Assembly (NCBI RefSeq): GCF_001447785.1
Contig: NW_015172610.1
Location: 99,343 to 163,342, forward strand
DNA: 64,000 nt
DNA from: Gekko japonicus
Taxonomy: Eukaryota
Reading direction: 5' to 3'
The notes under the pieces are model-generated. The model saw only the letters and a program-made list of their open reading frames with translations. It made no database searches and was not told the DNA's origin. Each line of letters begins with the position of its first letter. Positions within the stretch are counted from its first letter, which is position 1. Shown here in pieces: positions 36,687 through 49,828 of the stretch. A program made the position numbers and the translations under genes.

Positions 36687-39240
36687 GTAAGAATGAGGGG
36701 AGAAAAATCTTTTCAGACTTCTTGTGTATTCCAGGAAATGCTGAGTAGCAAAGTTCAGTTCCCTACAGTTTGTGTACCCAAGATACTGTGGGTGTAATCC
36801 AGAGACCTATAAATAGTGTGTGTGTGTGGGGGGGGAGACTGAGGAATGAATCGGCCTCATTCTGAAATCCTGATCTCCTTAAGAAGATGGGATGATGGCT
36901 ACACATATGATTTTGGAGCTTATGATAGTTGGAGCTTATGATAGTTGAAGCTTATGAACTACCCATGGAGACACAAATTAAAATCCTGTGTAAAGTTTAC
37001 CAAATGTATATAAAATGTGTAAATAAGATCCTATACTGGAAGGCAATGTTTAAGAATAAGAACTGATAAAGTTATGGGATACTACTACTTTGGTGACTTT
37101 ACTTTCAGATTGATGTTTGAGGCTACAAAAATTGCCAAGTATGAAGCTGTTTCACAGTTACTGAACCAACAGAATATTTCTCTGTTTCCAGAAGTCTACT
37201 TCACTTGTATAGAGGACAGAGGCATCTGAATGGATCACAAATTATTGGACCATTTAGTCTATTCACTCCCATGAGTCTATACCTAAGAACCAACAAGCTA
37301 GTAGCCCAAGACAACTGTTGGCTGACTGAAGAGGATTGGCTACAATAAAAAGGCCAGACACAGACAGTGACAGAAAGAGATTTAGCTGTCAGTGGTAGCA
37401 GTAAAAATAGCTGAAGAAGAAGACAAAGGTTAGAATGAGAATAGCCTGGAAGGTTAGCTAAATCAGCAGTGGAGTCTTCCAGAAGCAAAGTGTCATAATT
37501 CCAGAAGTGTATTTGCTCCATCACTTAACCAAGATTGAAATTCTTACTTGGATCTCATCTCAGGGCCTAATTACATGTTATGTTTTCTCTGGTTCCTCAT
37601 GATTAACCATTCTGGGTACTCATATTAAATAATTATTACATATTAGTTAATTACTTATTACTTAATCCCAGGCATGTGCAGGCCCAATTTAGACAAGGAC
37701 GACAGCACACAAGAAGAGGGAGAGCCCATCAACCCATTTTGTTTTGGTCAGTTCTGTGCTGGCCACAATCCCAGGCACACGCATATCTGATTTGTACTGG
37801 GACCACAGCATAAAAGGAAATGGTTTTCTAAGCCTTCCTTTGTGCTATTTTCCCTACCTGGCTTTGGGGGTGCTATTTGCTTTACTGTGGAAATCTATGT
37901 TCCCCATCAGTGTATATAAAGCTCCAATCAGGGCAAAAGCAGCTCCATGGTCATTTTCAGGTCAGAAAAATAGCACAAAGGAAGGCTGGAAGCACCTTTC
38001 TTTTTCTGCTATGGTCCCAATCCTTATCAAGCCCATGTGTGCCAGGGATTAAGTTCTCAGCACAGAACTGACCAAAACCAAAATTAAATGGGTTGATGGG
38101 TTGATTTTTGCAAGTCATTATCTTAACCTAATGCATGTCAGAATGTTGTCGCGGAGGACTTAAGAACTATTCTGAGATCCATGACGGAAGAAAGGACAGA
38201 AGAAAAATGTAGTAGCTTTACAGCTTTTCAGCTTCTAAATGCCCCGATTCTTCATGAATGCTGTTCTGTTTATCTACTCTAGGCACAGAAGAAAAGATGA
38301 AAAATACGTATGGTCCTTAACCTACCAGTCATTTCAAAGGCCAGAGTTTATTTATGTAAATTTCAAGACCTGGGAATCTCAAATCAGCATTGTTATGAAC
38401 TGTGATGAAGAACCAACTAGTTTCTGGTGAACAAAATGGTAATTTGACCGTCTATCATCTCAACAAGAACAGAGGACAGCCATCACTGTAGGGGCACAAC
38501 CTTTTAGGACAATTATTGCCCTCACTTTGTTCTTGAGCATCAAGCTATGTAGGAATTCTGCCCTTGTTTTAAATGTCTCTGGTGACAACTCCTTCATTCA
38601 AGTAAGCACACTGCTTCTCTAGCTATATGAACATATCCACCAATATAAAGATCATCACAATACGTTCCACATTTCAATGCAAAGACAAGGAAGCAGTCAT
38701 TTTCTCCATTAACCTGATGATGATAATGGTTTTTTTGTGTTTAAATGTATAGTTATAATTGCTTTTTAACAGCAGTAGCTCTAGTTGCAGCAATTAGCAG
38801 TGTCATTTTTCTGCATCTTTAAAAATATCATGCTGAGAGTCTGGAAGGGAATTAGAACAAAATTAGATGAGAGAATAGAGGGTTCCTAATAAACTACCAG
38901 GGAGCAAAACATATTCCATGCATCATGTATTAATAGATTCTGAATGAGTCTAGTAAAAGGGCATTTCGGGATCAGTTCAGGCATTTTGGCCCAGCAGTAC
39001 ACTCCCACATGTTGAAGGCATGTAGCCAGGTATTGGAAACACATGTCTGTGACCACATGAATGTCCTATGCATATTAATGTATGAATATTTCATCCAATT
39101 TCTATGATCATTCTACCTTCTGGGGGAGGAGAAAGATTGGGAAAAGTAGACAAATGGAATATTTGCCTGGTTTATACATAATACAGCTTGTTACTAAAAC
39201 TGAGGCCTGCTTCTCATTAAAAACAGGAGCTTACAAGGAG

Positions 39241-39517
39241 AAGAAGAAGAGATTGGATTTATACCCCGCCCTTCATTACCCAAAGGTGTCTCAGAGCGGC
39301 TTACAAACTCCTTTCCCTTCCCCTCCCCACAACAGGCAGCCTGTGAGGTAGGTGGGCTGAGAGAGCTCTGACAGAAACTGCTCTTTTTCAAGAAGAGCTC
39401 TTATAAGAACTATGGATTGCCCAAGGTCATCCAGCCAGGTGCAAGTGGAGGAGTGGGGAATCAAACCCGGTTCTCCCAGATTAGGGTCCGCGCACTTAAC
39501 CACTACACTAAACTGGC
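39241..39517 (-). mobile_element. Squam3-like (MIR/Ther1-derived) tRNA SINE
   Basis: Reverse complement of 61006-61282; (ctt)n tail. Confidence 0.75.
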
Positions 39518-39758
39518 TACAAGTGTGCCAAATGACTGAACTAACATTTAGGCCCTGTTTAGACATGTATGCTCATCACTTCGTAACTGCAGCATCAAGA
39601 GAGATTTTACAGATGTGAAAGAACCACTTCATATCAAACATTACAGCCAGTTTCTTATCACCTTGAAGACAATGCTTTTCAATGGAGGTAGCTCACACAC
39701 CATTCTGCAGTTAGCTCTGAGGAGATGGAGGTAGCTCACACACCATTCTGCAGAGGAC

Positions 39759-40222
39759 TAGGGATGGGCACGAACTGAACCATGAAGCAAAATTCATCAT
39801 GAATTTTTCCCTGTGCATGTTTCGCAAAGTGAAGTTTGTGATGGGTCTACCATCACAAACTGCCACAAACTTTTAAAGCAGTTTGTGGCAGTTCATGGAT
39901 AGGGTAGAAAGCAGGGGGTTAAAGGGACTCTGAGTCCCTTTAAGCCCCTGCTTTTTGTTCCCTGCAAAAGCCACAAAAACAGCTGAACAGTGAAGAGCAG
40001 CCTGCTCCTCACCACTCAGCTGTTTTGGGCTTTCTTGTGCTCTTAAAGAGACTGCTTTCTGCAAACTCTGTTTAAAGGGACTGCAGACCCTTTTAACAGG
40101 GCTTGTGGGGCCACAAACCACCAACCAGTTTGGTACACAAATGAACCTCCCAGTTCAATTCAGTTTGTGGTTCAGCCATGAACCAACACAAACTGCATTT
40201 TTCTGGTTCATGCCCATCCCTA
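39759..40222. mobile_element. hAT-type MITE
   Basis: TIR tagggatgggcacgaac / gttcatgcccatcccta; degenerate TSD cagaggac / ctgaggat. Confidence 0.75.
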
Positions 40223-41826
40223 CTGAGGATGTAACAAAGGTTTTCTGGATATGTGGTTAGTTTTAACCTCTTGCATATTCATAGTTTCCAAAGGCCACCC
40301 AGACAGGCACACATAATAAACATATTCTGTGGTGTGTGATTAGGACAAAATTGTACAATATAACAACCAACTATGTACGACAGTATATTTCTCTTTCTCC
40401 ATTTATTTCAAATGTTGTAGTCTGGTCGGTGTACAAAAACATCCAGTCCCCTCTTATAACATCCATTTTGTTATTTTCGTCATCTTCAATATTGGAATAT
40501 ACTAATAGGTATTTTGGCCTTGACAATCTGATATTTCTTGAACAAAAGTCATCATACAACTGAAGTCCAGAGAAATAATTTGATAATTTAAAAAATCAAA
40601 TTAATTGAAAATAAATTTGCATTTTCTAAAATGACCTTTATAAAAGCTCTTGGAATACTCCATATATTCAACTGCTATATCAGATTTTTGCAGCTCTTTA
40701 GACCATATGGCAATAATGAGAAATATTCCCTAAACCTCACAGAAAAAAACAATGACATTTCAGACAGCTTAAGATAGAATACTAAAACAAAAAGGCCAGC
40801 TCCACATAGAAAGACATGATGACCAACTCAGCCAAAGGCACTCATATCTGGAAACAGCACAGATGGCAGACACCATGGCAGAAAGCATGGGGATCTGAGT
40901 CCATAGTGTGTTCTAGCATTCAAGACCTGAGGCTATCAGGCAGGGACTCAGCCTGTGCTTAGCCACCATCTTTTACTGAAGAATGAACTACAGGAAAACC
41001 AGGAAGACCAACAAGGGGGCTCTCTGCTAGTCTTGTCTGCATGCCCAGCCAACCATCCGCAGTGTCACTTCTGCCTTGCCTTCCTACCCTATGAATTGAC
41101 CAAAGCTGTACTTCACAGAAGGGGTCTTCATACAACATCAGGCAGTTCATTCTTTTAATCAGAGGCTGGTCTACAATAATGACAGTTCTACAGCATCTCA
41201 GATAACTACTTTCTCAATCTTTCTATTTGATATGCTTTAATTACAATGGTGGATAGTAAAGCTGGAATATTGTACACATATTACTTAGTTATGCCTGTTC
41301 TTTTACATCTGCTTTGCATTTTCAATTGATTTTGCAGAACTTCGTTCAGTAATTTCTAGTTCATCAAGAACAGGATTTCAAAATGGCAGCCAAGCTGAGA
41401 ACTGCCATGAAAACTACCAATGACATTCAACAGCATTATTTATTTGTTTTTTAAAATATGAACCCTCCTTTCCCGTAGATAAATATATCAACAAAATCAG
41501 CATAACATAATTCTAAAAATAACAGAATTAAAACAACCAGCTTAAAAATGTAAAGCTGAAGTCTGAAAACTTAAAACTGAAGTCTTTCAAGCCACACACA
41601 AAACAATCATCTTGAGGATCCAGAGTTCTGTTTGATAAGCATTCCAAAATGCCAAGAGACTCATACATCTGTAGAAGTCTGTTCCACTACAAGGCAGAAG
41701 CTACAAAAAAAGCACCCAAATGGGCAGCAGCAGAGCAGGTGGCAACATTGTCATGGACAGAAACAGAAAGCTCCTCAAATGAGTAGGTTTGCACTAGTAC
41801 TTATGCCAGAATTTATTCCTCCTGCA

Positions 41827-42117
41827 AGAAGGAGGAGGAGGAGGAGGAGGAGACTGGATTTATACCCCACCCTTCACCACCTGAAGGAGTCTCAGAGCAG
41901 TTTACAAACTCCTTTCCCTTCTCCTCCCCACAACAGACAGCCTGTGAGGTAGGTGGAGCTGAGAGAGCTTTGACAGAAACTGCTCTTTTTCAAGGACAGC
42001 TCTTATCAGAACTATGGCTCGCCCAAGGTCATCCAGCAAGTGCAAGTGGAGGAGTGGGGAATCAAACCCAGTTCTCCCAGATTAGAGTCCGCACACTTAA
42101 CTACTACACCAAACTGG
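41827..42117 (-). mobile_element. Squam3-like SINE
   Basis: Same family as 39241 and 61006; (cct)n tail. Confidence 0.75.
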
Positions 42118-42446
42118 CAAGAAACAAATAAGTTGTTCTCACCCTCCAATTGTCTTGGGAACATTAGGTGAAATAATTATATTTTACCAATACTTATAGA
42201 ACATTTTTTTGTAATTCTGAATGTTATGCTAATTTTGCACCATCACAGATCCAGTGTCACATATCTACATATGTTCTATTTTAAATTGTTCCAAGCAAAC
42301 TCTAAAAATAGCATTTAAAAGGCCTGGCAACTGGGAGATTCAGCGAAGATTCAGAACTTAAAGCTATTTCCCTCATATAGCTGCCTGTGACTGAGCTGAA
42401 ACAAGCAGGCATTTTGCTTTGACCTGTTTTAAATAGTAGTACTTTA

Positions 42447-42666
42447 AATAGCCCTAACCTGGACAGCCCGGGATAGCTTGATCTTGTCATACCTCAGAAG
42501 CTAAGCAGGGTTGGCCCTGGATAGTATTTGGATAGGATACCTCCAAGGAATATCAGGGTCATGATGCAGAAGCAGGCAATGGCAAACCACCTCTGAACAT
42601 CTCTTGCCTTGAAAACTCTATGGGGTCACCAGAAGTCAGCTGTGACTTGACAGCACTTTCCACCAC
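42447..42666 (+). mobile_element. 5S rRNA-derived SINE with Bov-B-like tail
   Basis: gaagctaagcagggttggccctggatagtatttggataggatacc is 5S box A/C-like; ggcaatggcaaaccac...ggggtcaccagaagtcagctgtgact is a Bov-B-type 3' end. Confidence 0.75.
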
Positions 42667-44004
42667 ACTTCAAATAACTTTGAATGGCTTATCAGAATTC
42701 ACCACGTTGACTATGAAATGACCTTCAGGCAGGCACAGTATCACTTGGCCAATTGGCCACTTTACAGTAGCATGAAAATTTTTACTATGATCACAAAGAC
42801 CTTGTGCAAAATATAAATAGTGCTCAGTAGTTGTTTTGCCCATCCTTTCCCCAACAATTTATTAGCTACAAATAGATAGCTAGGCCCAGTAGTGACTTGA
42901 TACCACACAACTGGCATGAATTGTATAAGTCTGGCTGCTTACTAATGTTTAACAGCAGCCACCTCATGAAAGCCAGTGTGGTGCAATGGTAAAGTTTCAG
43001 ACTACGACCTCAAATCACCATTCAGCCCTGGAAATTCTCTGGGTGTTCTTGGGCCATGTACACATTTTAAGCTGAACTTACCTCACAGGCAAGGGCAGCT
43101 TGGCCATTAAGACAACTCACAATGGGTCCCACCTGCGTTGAGTCAGTCCTATGACAGAAGAGCTGAGGCTGCCTGCCCAAGCCCTGTGCAAGGCAGGAGA
43201 GGTAATGCAGAGGAGGTGGTGTCTAACCCACCCAATCAGATCTCACTGGCACCTCCCTTATTGGGATTTGTAGAAACTTAAATCCAGAGACTGGAGCCAT
43301 GAACAGACAAGGTAGATCTTTCTTTGAACCCCCAAAAGTCCCAGGTTTGCAGGAAAATCTAAAATCTTTTTTAAAAAATGGGGGGATGAAAATCCTCCAA
43401 AAGAATAGATGCAGCACCTGTAGCTTTAAGAAATGAATGCCCTCAATGGTTATTGCTGGGCAACAACAGTCTTGCCAGCCTGCAAGACTTGTTTTCCGTC
43501 AATAAAAGGCAGTGGGAGGGGGGAAAGGCCTTTTGCCCCCCCAGTCGGAATAACAAGACAGACAACAATTTGGAAGTAAACAAGGACCACTTTATTAACT
43601 ATTTAACATAACATTGCGGCAAGGGACCATCTAAGCGAGCACAGAACAGACAAGGCAGGTGTAACTCCCCTGACCAACCTCCTTGCCTTTTTCTCGGGCG
43701 GGTCACCCAGCTCCGGTCTTGAGTCATCTATCTGGCTCGCGACCAGCAGCCCAGCAAACTGGTCGCCACATAGGAGCGCCTACCCCTGAAGCCTGACAAC
43801 TTGCAGAGAGGAGCATACCCTACGAGGTTCCCAGAGGAGGTGATCACCATTCCCCACCCTGGATCTGAAAATCCGAAGGCAGTTCCTGATGACCCCCTGT
43901 TCCCTAATGGGGAAATTGCCGTCAGGTGCTCACCGGTTCCGGTTTCTTGCCCGCACCAACCTGCCACGGCCAAGACCAAGCCTCTGCTTTGGTCTTTGCT
44001 CCCA

Positions 44005-44328
44005 CTAAAAGGTCAAGGCTGAGCTAATCCTTTGCCGCAAGTCCTGCAAAAAGAACCCATTGCCCTTGTCAGACAGGTGTACCCCATCCGCCCTAAACAG
44101 GTCTTGTAACTCGACCCGTATATTGGGGTGCGGCAGAAATTGTCCTAAACCACCCTCCATGGCATTCCTCATTTGCCTGTTAGCCTTACGCCTTGCACGG
44201 TCAATGCAATGAGGGTCCCCCAAGTTGCACCACTCCTGGTGGGGCAGAATAGCCGACCATACTATCTGCACGCCGAGCCACCTTGCCTTAGTCCTCGCAA
44301 GGTCCGCCTTAGCTTGTAACACAAGGGC
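44005..44328 (-). CDS. SGNH/GDSL-type hydrolase ORF, C-terminal part (Ngaro-associated)
   Basis: IVWSAILP...LFRADGVHLSDKGN contains the DxxH block V motif; N-terminus lost in the gap. Confidence 0.7.
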   Translation of the reverse strand, partial: ALVLQAKADLARTKARWLGVQIVWSAILPHQEWCNLGDPHCIDRARRKANRQMRNAMEGGLGQFLPHPNIRVELQDLFRADGVHLSDKGNGFFLQDLRQRISSALTF

Positions 44329-44661
44329 NNNNNNNNNNNNNNNNNNNNNNNNNNNNNNNNNNNNNNNNNNNNNNNNNNNNNNNNNNNNNNNNNNNNNNNN
44401 NNNNNNNNNNNNNNNNNNNNNNNNNNNNNNNNNNNNNNNNNNNNNNNNNNNNNNNNNNNNNNNNNNNNNNNNNNNNNNNNNNNNNNNNNNNNNNNNNNNN
44501 NNNNNNNNNNNNNNNNNNNNNNNNNNNNNNNNNNNNNNNNNNNNNNNNNNNNNNNNNNNNNNNNNNNNNNNNNNNNNNNNNNNNNNNNNNNNNNNNNNNN
44601 NNNNNNNNNNNNNNNNNNNNNNNNNNNNNNNNNNNNNNNNNNNNNNNNNNNNNNNNNNNNN
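44329..44661. other. Assembly gap (333 N)
   Basis: Run of N. Confidence 1.
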
Positions 44662-45885
44662 CACCCTGCCTGGAACCATTCCTCTGGCCAGTCCTCAGCA
44701 CACCAGTGCCCACGGAAATAGACTCCAAAGCCGGAGGAACCGGCAGAGTTAGATGTGACCTGCAGTTCAGCTTCGACTAAGAGGTCTTCCCACCAAAAGG
44801 ACACCCCATTATATGACTCCAAAAACTCCTTCCATACAAGAAGGTCATCCCGCATCCCCCTGGTGACCCTGGTCCTATGGTGCAGGAGACGGAGCCCCCT
44901 CATGGACTCACACAACCTCCTCCCAAACGCCCAGCCGGGCGCCACAACCTTGCATGCAAAGTTGAGGTGGCCGACCAGCTGCTGCAACTCGAGCAAAGTA
45001 AACTTTCTAATCATCCTAGCCGAGTCAACCCTGGCTTGCAGCGCATGCAATTTGTCCCCCGGTAATCTACACAGCTGCCCCACCGTGTCAATCTCTATTC
45101 CCAAATAAACGAAACTTGTGGTGGGACCCTCCTTTTTTTCCTGGCCAAGAGTAACCCCCAGCTCCTCTGCCAGGGCCATGAAGCTCTTCAGTAAAAATTC
45201 ACACTGCCCAGTATCCCTCCCTCCTGCCAACAAGAAATCATCAAGATAGTGGGCAGTGCTGCATACTCCCATCCTGTGACGCAAGGCCCATTCTAAAAGG
45301 GTACTGAACCTCTCAAACACAGCACAGGAAACTGAATAACCTATGGGAAGGGCCCTGTCCATATAAACTTACCCTCAAAAGCGAAACCTAACAACTCAAA
45401 ATCAGCCGGGTGGACAGGGAGAAGGCAGAAGGCCGACTTAATGTCACACGTTGCCAATTCTGCCCCCTGCCCATAACGGCGTACCACCCGCATAGCCTGG
45501 TCAAATGAGGTGTATCTAACTGAACATAACTCCCCAGGTATCGCATCATTCACCGACTCCCTGGGGGGATAGGACAGGTGGTGAATGAGGCGATACTCAC
45601 CAGGCGCTTTTTTCGGCACAACACCCAATGGGGAAACCCTCAAATTGGCAACTGGTGGGGATGGGAACAGGCCAAGTACCCTGCCCTCCCAACACTCCTT
45701 ATCAATTTCCCCCCTATGTGCTCCATATCCTTAACCGATTTCAGGTTAGGAGCACTGTACGACCTTCTTTCCCCTTGGTAAGGTATCCTAAACCCTAGAG
45801 TGAAACCTTCCAAAAGGTAAACGCCGTCCTCTCAGTTGGAGTAAGCCCACAACCAATGCTCAAGCACCGCCACCTTAATTGGGCT
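44662..45885 (-). pseudogene. Ngaro/DIRS reverse transcriptase - RNase H, frameshifted
   Basis: VSPLGVVPKK...YRLIHHLSYP, DIKSAF, ALPIG, HYLDDFL, LQQLVGHLNFAC, SSGFGVYF. Confidence 0.85.
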
Positions 45886-47993
45886 TGGACCCTTTGTCAG
45901 GAGGGGGGTTGTAACCACCACCTCTTCCAAAACGCTTAACTCCTCTACCACCTGACTTACCCTTTGTCCTGGGGCAGTCTGAGAGGGCATGGGGCCCTGT
46001 GCACAATGGACATTCCAAAATGACCACCAACTGCACTAAGATGTCCACCCCAACTGCCACTCCCTAACAGCCAGGAGCAGCCGTTAATTTCAAATGGCCA
46101 ACAGGGGGCAACTGCCAATATCCTTGACTGTTTATTCCCTGCCCAGCCTTAACAAAGGGTTGATGTGTGCTATTGTATTAATTATTATTATTAATAATAT
46201 TCTGGCCTCCGAGGGGGACGAGGCAGCACTAAAGCCCCAGCGGCCTCACCAACTGCCGTAACTTCGTGGGTGTCCTCCTGGCCCAGTGAGTGGCCGAAAA
46301 GACCATACTGTGGCTGCAGATAGTGACCCATCGTCCTGCCCCACAGCCAACAGCACCTGTAAGAGAACCCCCCCCCAGCTAAACAGGGCCAGGGAAAATC
46401 CCCCGTGTATTAACAAAGTGGGCAGGCCACTGTGGTCTGGTCTGCCGATGCGTGCTCCCATGCAGTCGCCTAGTCGTCACCAGTGAGAGAGCCGAGGCCC
46501 TGGGGAGCACAAACAGCTCCAGCTGCGACGCAGTGCTCAACAAGGCTCCTGGCTATTTCCGCCGATGCATCCCATCACCCCAGCCCAATTCAGCCTCCCG
46601 GTTTCCAACATTGCTAATGCTGCTGTTTTCGGGAGAGAGTGTCAGCGACCCCAGAAGCAAGCACCGCAAACTGCCTCTCCGCCGCCTCGAGTCCGGGCCC
46701 ACTAAAAGGCACAGTCCGAACAGCGCGGAAACTGCCTCCCTGCCGCCTCGAGACTTGCAGCTTCTGGCAGGGATGCCCTAAACTCATCACTAAGGACCCA
46801 GGAACAAGCGTGCTCAGAAGGTCCTCATCGCCCGAGCACGAGTCTCCAACTGACAGGGCAGGAGCGGAGCCCGGCAGTTTGCCAAGCCAGCTCCGCCCAC
46901 CCTGTCCACGTCATGACGCCGTGCATCATGCTTCTGTTGCTGCCCCGGCTCCTCCGGGGCGGCAAAAAAGCCCTCGGACCTCACCGGCTTCGCTAGGAGG
47001 CCAGGAACTCCATTCCAAGGCTATTTTGATCTTTGAGGGTGACTCATTGGGACCAGGCCCATCAACAACTACTGGGCTACTTGCCAACTCCAAGTTGGGA
47101 ATTCCTGGAGATTTGGGAGTGGGGCCTGTATGTTGTAAAGGCATACAGTCCGCCCTCCAAAGCAGCTATTTTTTCCAAAGGACCTGATCTCTGTAGTCTG
47201 GATATCATTCTGGGCAATCTCTAGGACCCATCTAGAGATTGGCAACCCTACTTGCTACCATCCAATTTGCATAACTCACTCAGACCCAGCTGCTTGCTAC
47301 TTCTCAATAGCTTCCACTCTATAAAAGCCCGTGTTGTGTAGTGGTTATAGACTAGGACCTGGGAGATCCAGGTTGGATCCACTCAGCTGTGGAAGCTTAC
47401 TTGGTGACCTTGGTCCAGGTACACATCCTCAAACAATCCTGCCTGGGTGGGGTTGTTGGGGCAAATGGGAGTTGGTAGTGGTTAGGAGTCCTGAGCAGAG
47501 GAGGGAGATGGGGTGCGGGGGCTCACCAGCCAAAATGATGGGCAACTGGGACAGCTAATCAGCAATCAATATGAGTGGGCCATCATGCAGGAGTCCAGCT
47601 GGACTGCCTCAGGGTTCTTGCCATGTAAGAATTGAACCCGGAGCTTTGAGTGGGCTATCCCTGTGCCATGTCTTTCCACTATGTGAGGTCTGTTTCTGTA
47701 GTCTTCCCTGCCCTGGTCCATATGACTGGTGTGGATGGCTGGGCCGCTGGGGAATGCCTGATGCCCTGAAGTGTGTCTCATACCTGTGCATCCAGTTGAG
47801 TGAGGGGTAAATGACTGCTCCTGAGTGTGATGAATGTGGGTTCTAATTTGGCTTTTGCATTCACTTTTGCTGATACTTGGCATTTTGTTGGACAAAAAGT
47901 AAGCTTTTCCTTCTGGCTGGCACCTCCCTTTTGGGGATTAAAACCCATGGGTCCTATTTACCACATGGGTGCTTTTTCCTTAATAAGTACTGG

Positions 47994-48138
47994 GGTGGGG
48001 GTCACCCATGGTTTGGCTTCATTCATTTATTAGGGAAAAGACACCAATTTGTGTAACTTATGTGGTGGGGGTCACCCATGGTTTGGCTTCATTGTACTTA
48101 CATAAGTTACACAAATTGGTGACTTTTCCCTAATAAAT
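47994..48138. repeat. Direct duplication plus templated inverted insertion
   Basis: 30-bp A at 47994-48023 and 48064-48093; 39-bp B at 48025-48063 is the reverse complement (1 mismatch) of 48100-48138. Confidence 0.9.
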
Positions 48139-48978
48139 TGTCTAACCCTTTCACCAGCATGTTATGTATGCTCAGAAATCAGTTTTTCTGTTTTGGTTTA
48201 ATGTCCTGGATCCTGCAGATTGTTTCTTTATACAACTTGGGATCAACACTGGAAGTTGCCTCTTCTCTGGCACTGCCACAGCATGCTCCTTATGCTTACT
48301 GGAAATGTTGAACCCAATGCTTCTCTGGAATGGCGAGTGCTTCCATTCTGCTTTCTCTGTATCACAGGGCTGGCAGCCAGTTTAAAGCCATCTGTCGTAA
48401 AGGCCCTGTCAAAGAGAGAAGGGATCACGCATCACAGTTGTTGCTTCAATCCTGAATTCCTTTTCAGGGAATTACAATCGTTCATTATTTCTGAATGGGC
48501 ACTCCCTGAAGACACAAAGGTTTCCCCAAGGCTTTCTGAAGTGTTTCCTGATGAAATGATGCAGAGGATAGCCAGGAATGGCTCTTTGATTTGGGGAAGA
48601 AGAGGTATTTTGGGGGGGAAAGCAATTGCACACCAGGAAGCATATTTGTGGGCACCATGGTGGAGATAACTGTTCTTTGGGATAAGTGTCTTTGGCTTTT
48701 ATTCGTACTGTGACTCAACATGATGGTGGCCACACTAGTGGGATGGGCAATATAATGTATCATATTATATTGGAAGTAGCTTCCTTATAACAGTCAGAAT
48801 CAACTTAATTATTAGTTCTCTACTGAGTAGTGCTATTAATCTCTGCCTGCTCACGTTGTCATTATGTTGCTCTAAAACAGGTATTAAGAGGGTTAAGTTG
48901 ATAAAATGTTCTTGGTCAGGGTAAATCAAAATATTTGTGTTACAGTGAATGCATATACTCTCTGCATGTACATATGTA

Positions 48979-49160
48979 CATCTGTTTGTAAGGAACAACC
49001 AACACGCATTCACTTTGAAACTCCGCATATAAGGAAAAATCAAGGGTGTGTACATGGATTGTACATGTGTTACATCTGTTTGTAAGGAACAACCAACACA
49101 CATTCACTTTGAAACTCCGCACATAAGGAAAAATCAAGGGTACCCTGTACATGGATTGTA
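48979..49160. repeat. ~93-bp tandem duplication inside a MITE-like remnant
   Basis: acatctgtttgtaaggaacaacc...aaatcaagggt occurs twice; flanked by gttacagtgaa / ttcactgtaac. Confidence 0.8.
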
Positions 49161-49478
49161 TGTTCACTGTAACTTGTAAAGGAGGCAGGCATGCTTATCC
49201 ACCCATTCTTCCATTTACTTCACCCTTCCTCCTGCCAGCTCATGTGCTGTCTTGCTCACCCCCCCTGCAATGGCGGGAAGGAGGAAGAGCAGGAGCCCTT
49301 CAGTGCTGTACCTACTTGGCTTCATCCACAGTGATTCTACATCAGCTCTGGCTCAGCCTGTCTACCCAATGATGCATCTTTCCCCACTCTTGAGCTATCC
49401 AGTTAGCTTTCTCCTAACAGTGCTGCACAGTACCTGTGGCTGGGGTTGTGAGTGGATGGTGGATTTCCATGTGGGTAA

Positions 49479-49828
49479 GGGAGCTGCGGTGGCTCAAGTG
49501 GTTAAGACGCTGAACTGCAGGCTGTGGAAGGTCGGTAGTTCAGCAGTTCGAGACCCGAGTGTGCTGCATGACGGAGAGAGCTCCCATCTCTAGTTCCGGC
49601 TCCTGCCAACCTAGCAGTTCGAAAGCAAGAAATTGCAAGTAGATAAATAGGTACCACTTCAGTGGGAAGGTAACAGCATTCCATGCACCTTGGTGTTTAG
49701 TCATGCTGGCCACATGACTACGGAAATGTCTTTGGACAGCGCTGGCTCTTCGGCTTTGAAACGGAGATGAGCACCGCAACCCTAGAGTCGGATTCGACTG
49801 GCTTTCGAGCAGGGGAACCTTCACCTTC
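49479..49828 (+). mobile_element. Sauria SINE
   Basis: Near-identical to 28699-29045. Confidence 0.85.

Larger units (their letters stand above)
43535..47020 (-). mobile_element. Ngaro/DIRS-type (tyrosine-recombinase class) retrotransposon, decayed
   Basis: gag Zn-knuckle-like CPLCTGPHALSDC, RT/RNase H, then SGNH hydrolase ORF; boundaries approximate, 46060-47020 assignment tentative; recombinase not visible (gap). Confidence 0.75.

Noticed and set aside
40371-40559. Open minus-strand frame with an acceptor-like site (LYDDFCSRNIRLSRPKYLLV...)
   Set aside because: No host protein recognised; spacing of residues and AT-rich flanks look more like a decayed L1 ORF2 fragment.
42447-42570. 5S rRNA gene
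   Set aside because: Diverged from 5S, no Pol III T-run terminator, fused to a Bov-B-like tail; it is a SINE.
44005-45362. ORFs running across the N gap as single proteins
   Set aside because: Frame through the gap is unknown; RT/RNase H and hydrolase are treated separately.
48150-48765. Long ORFs on both strands
   Set aside because: Interrupted by stops, no convincing splice pair, no recognisable domain.
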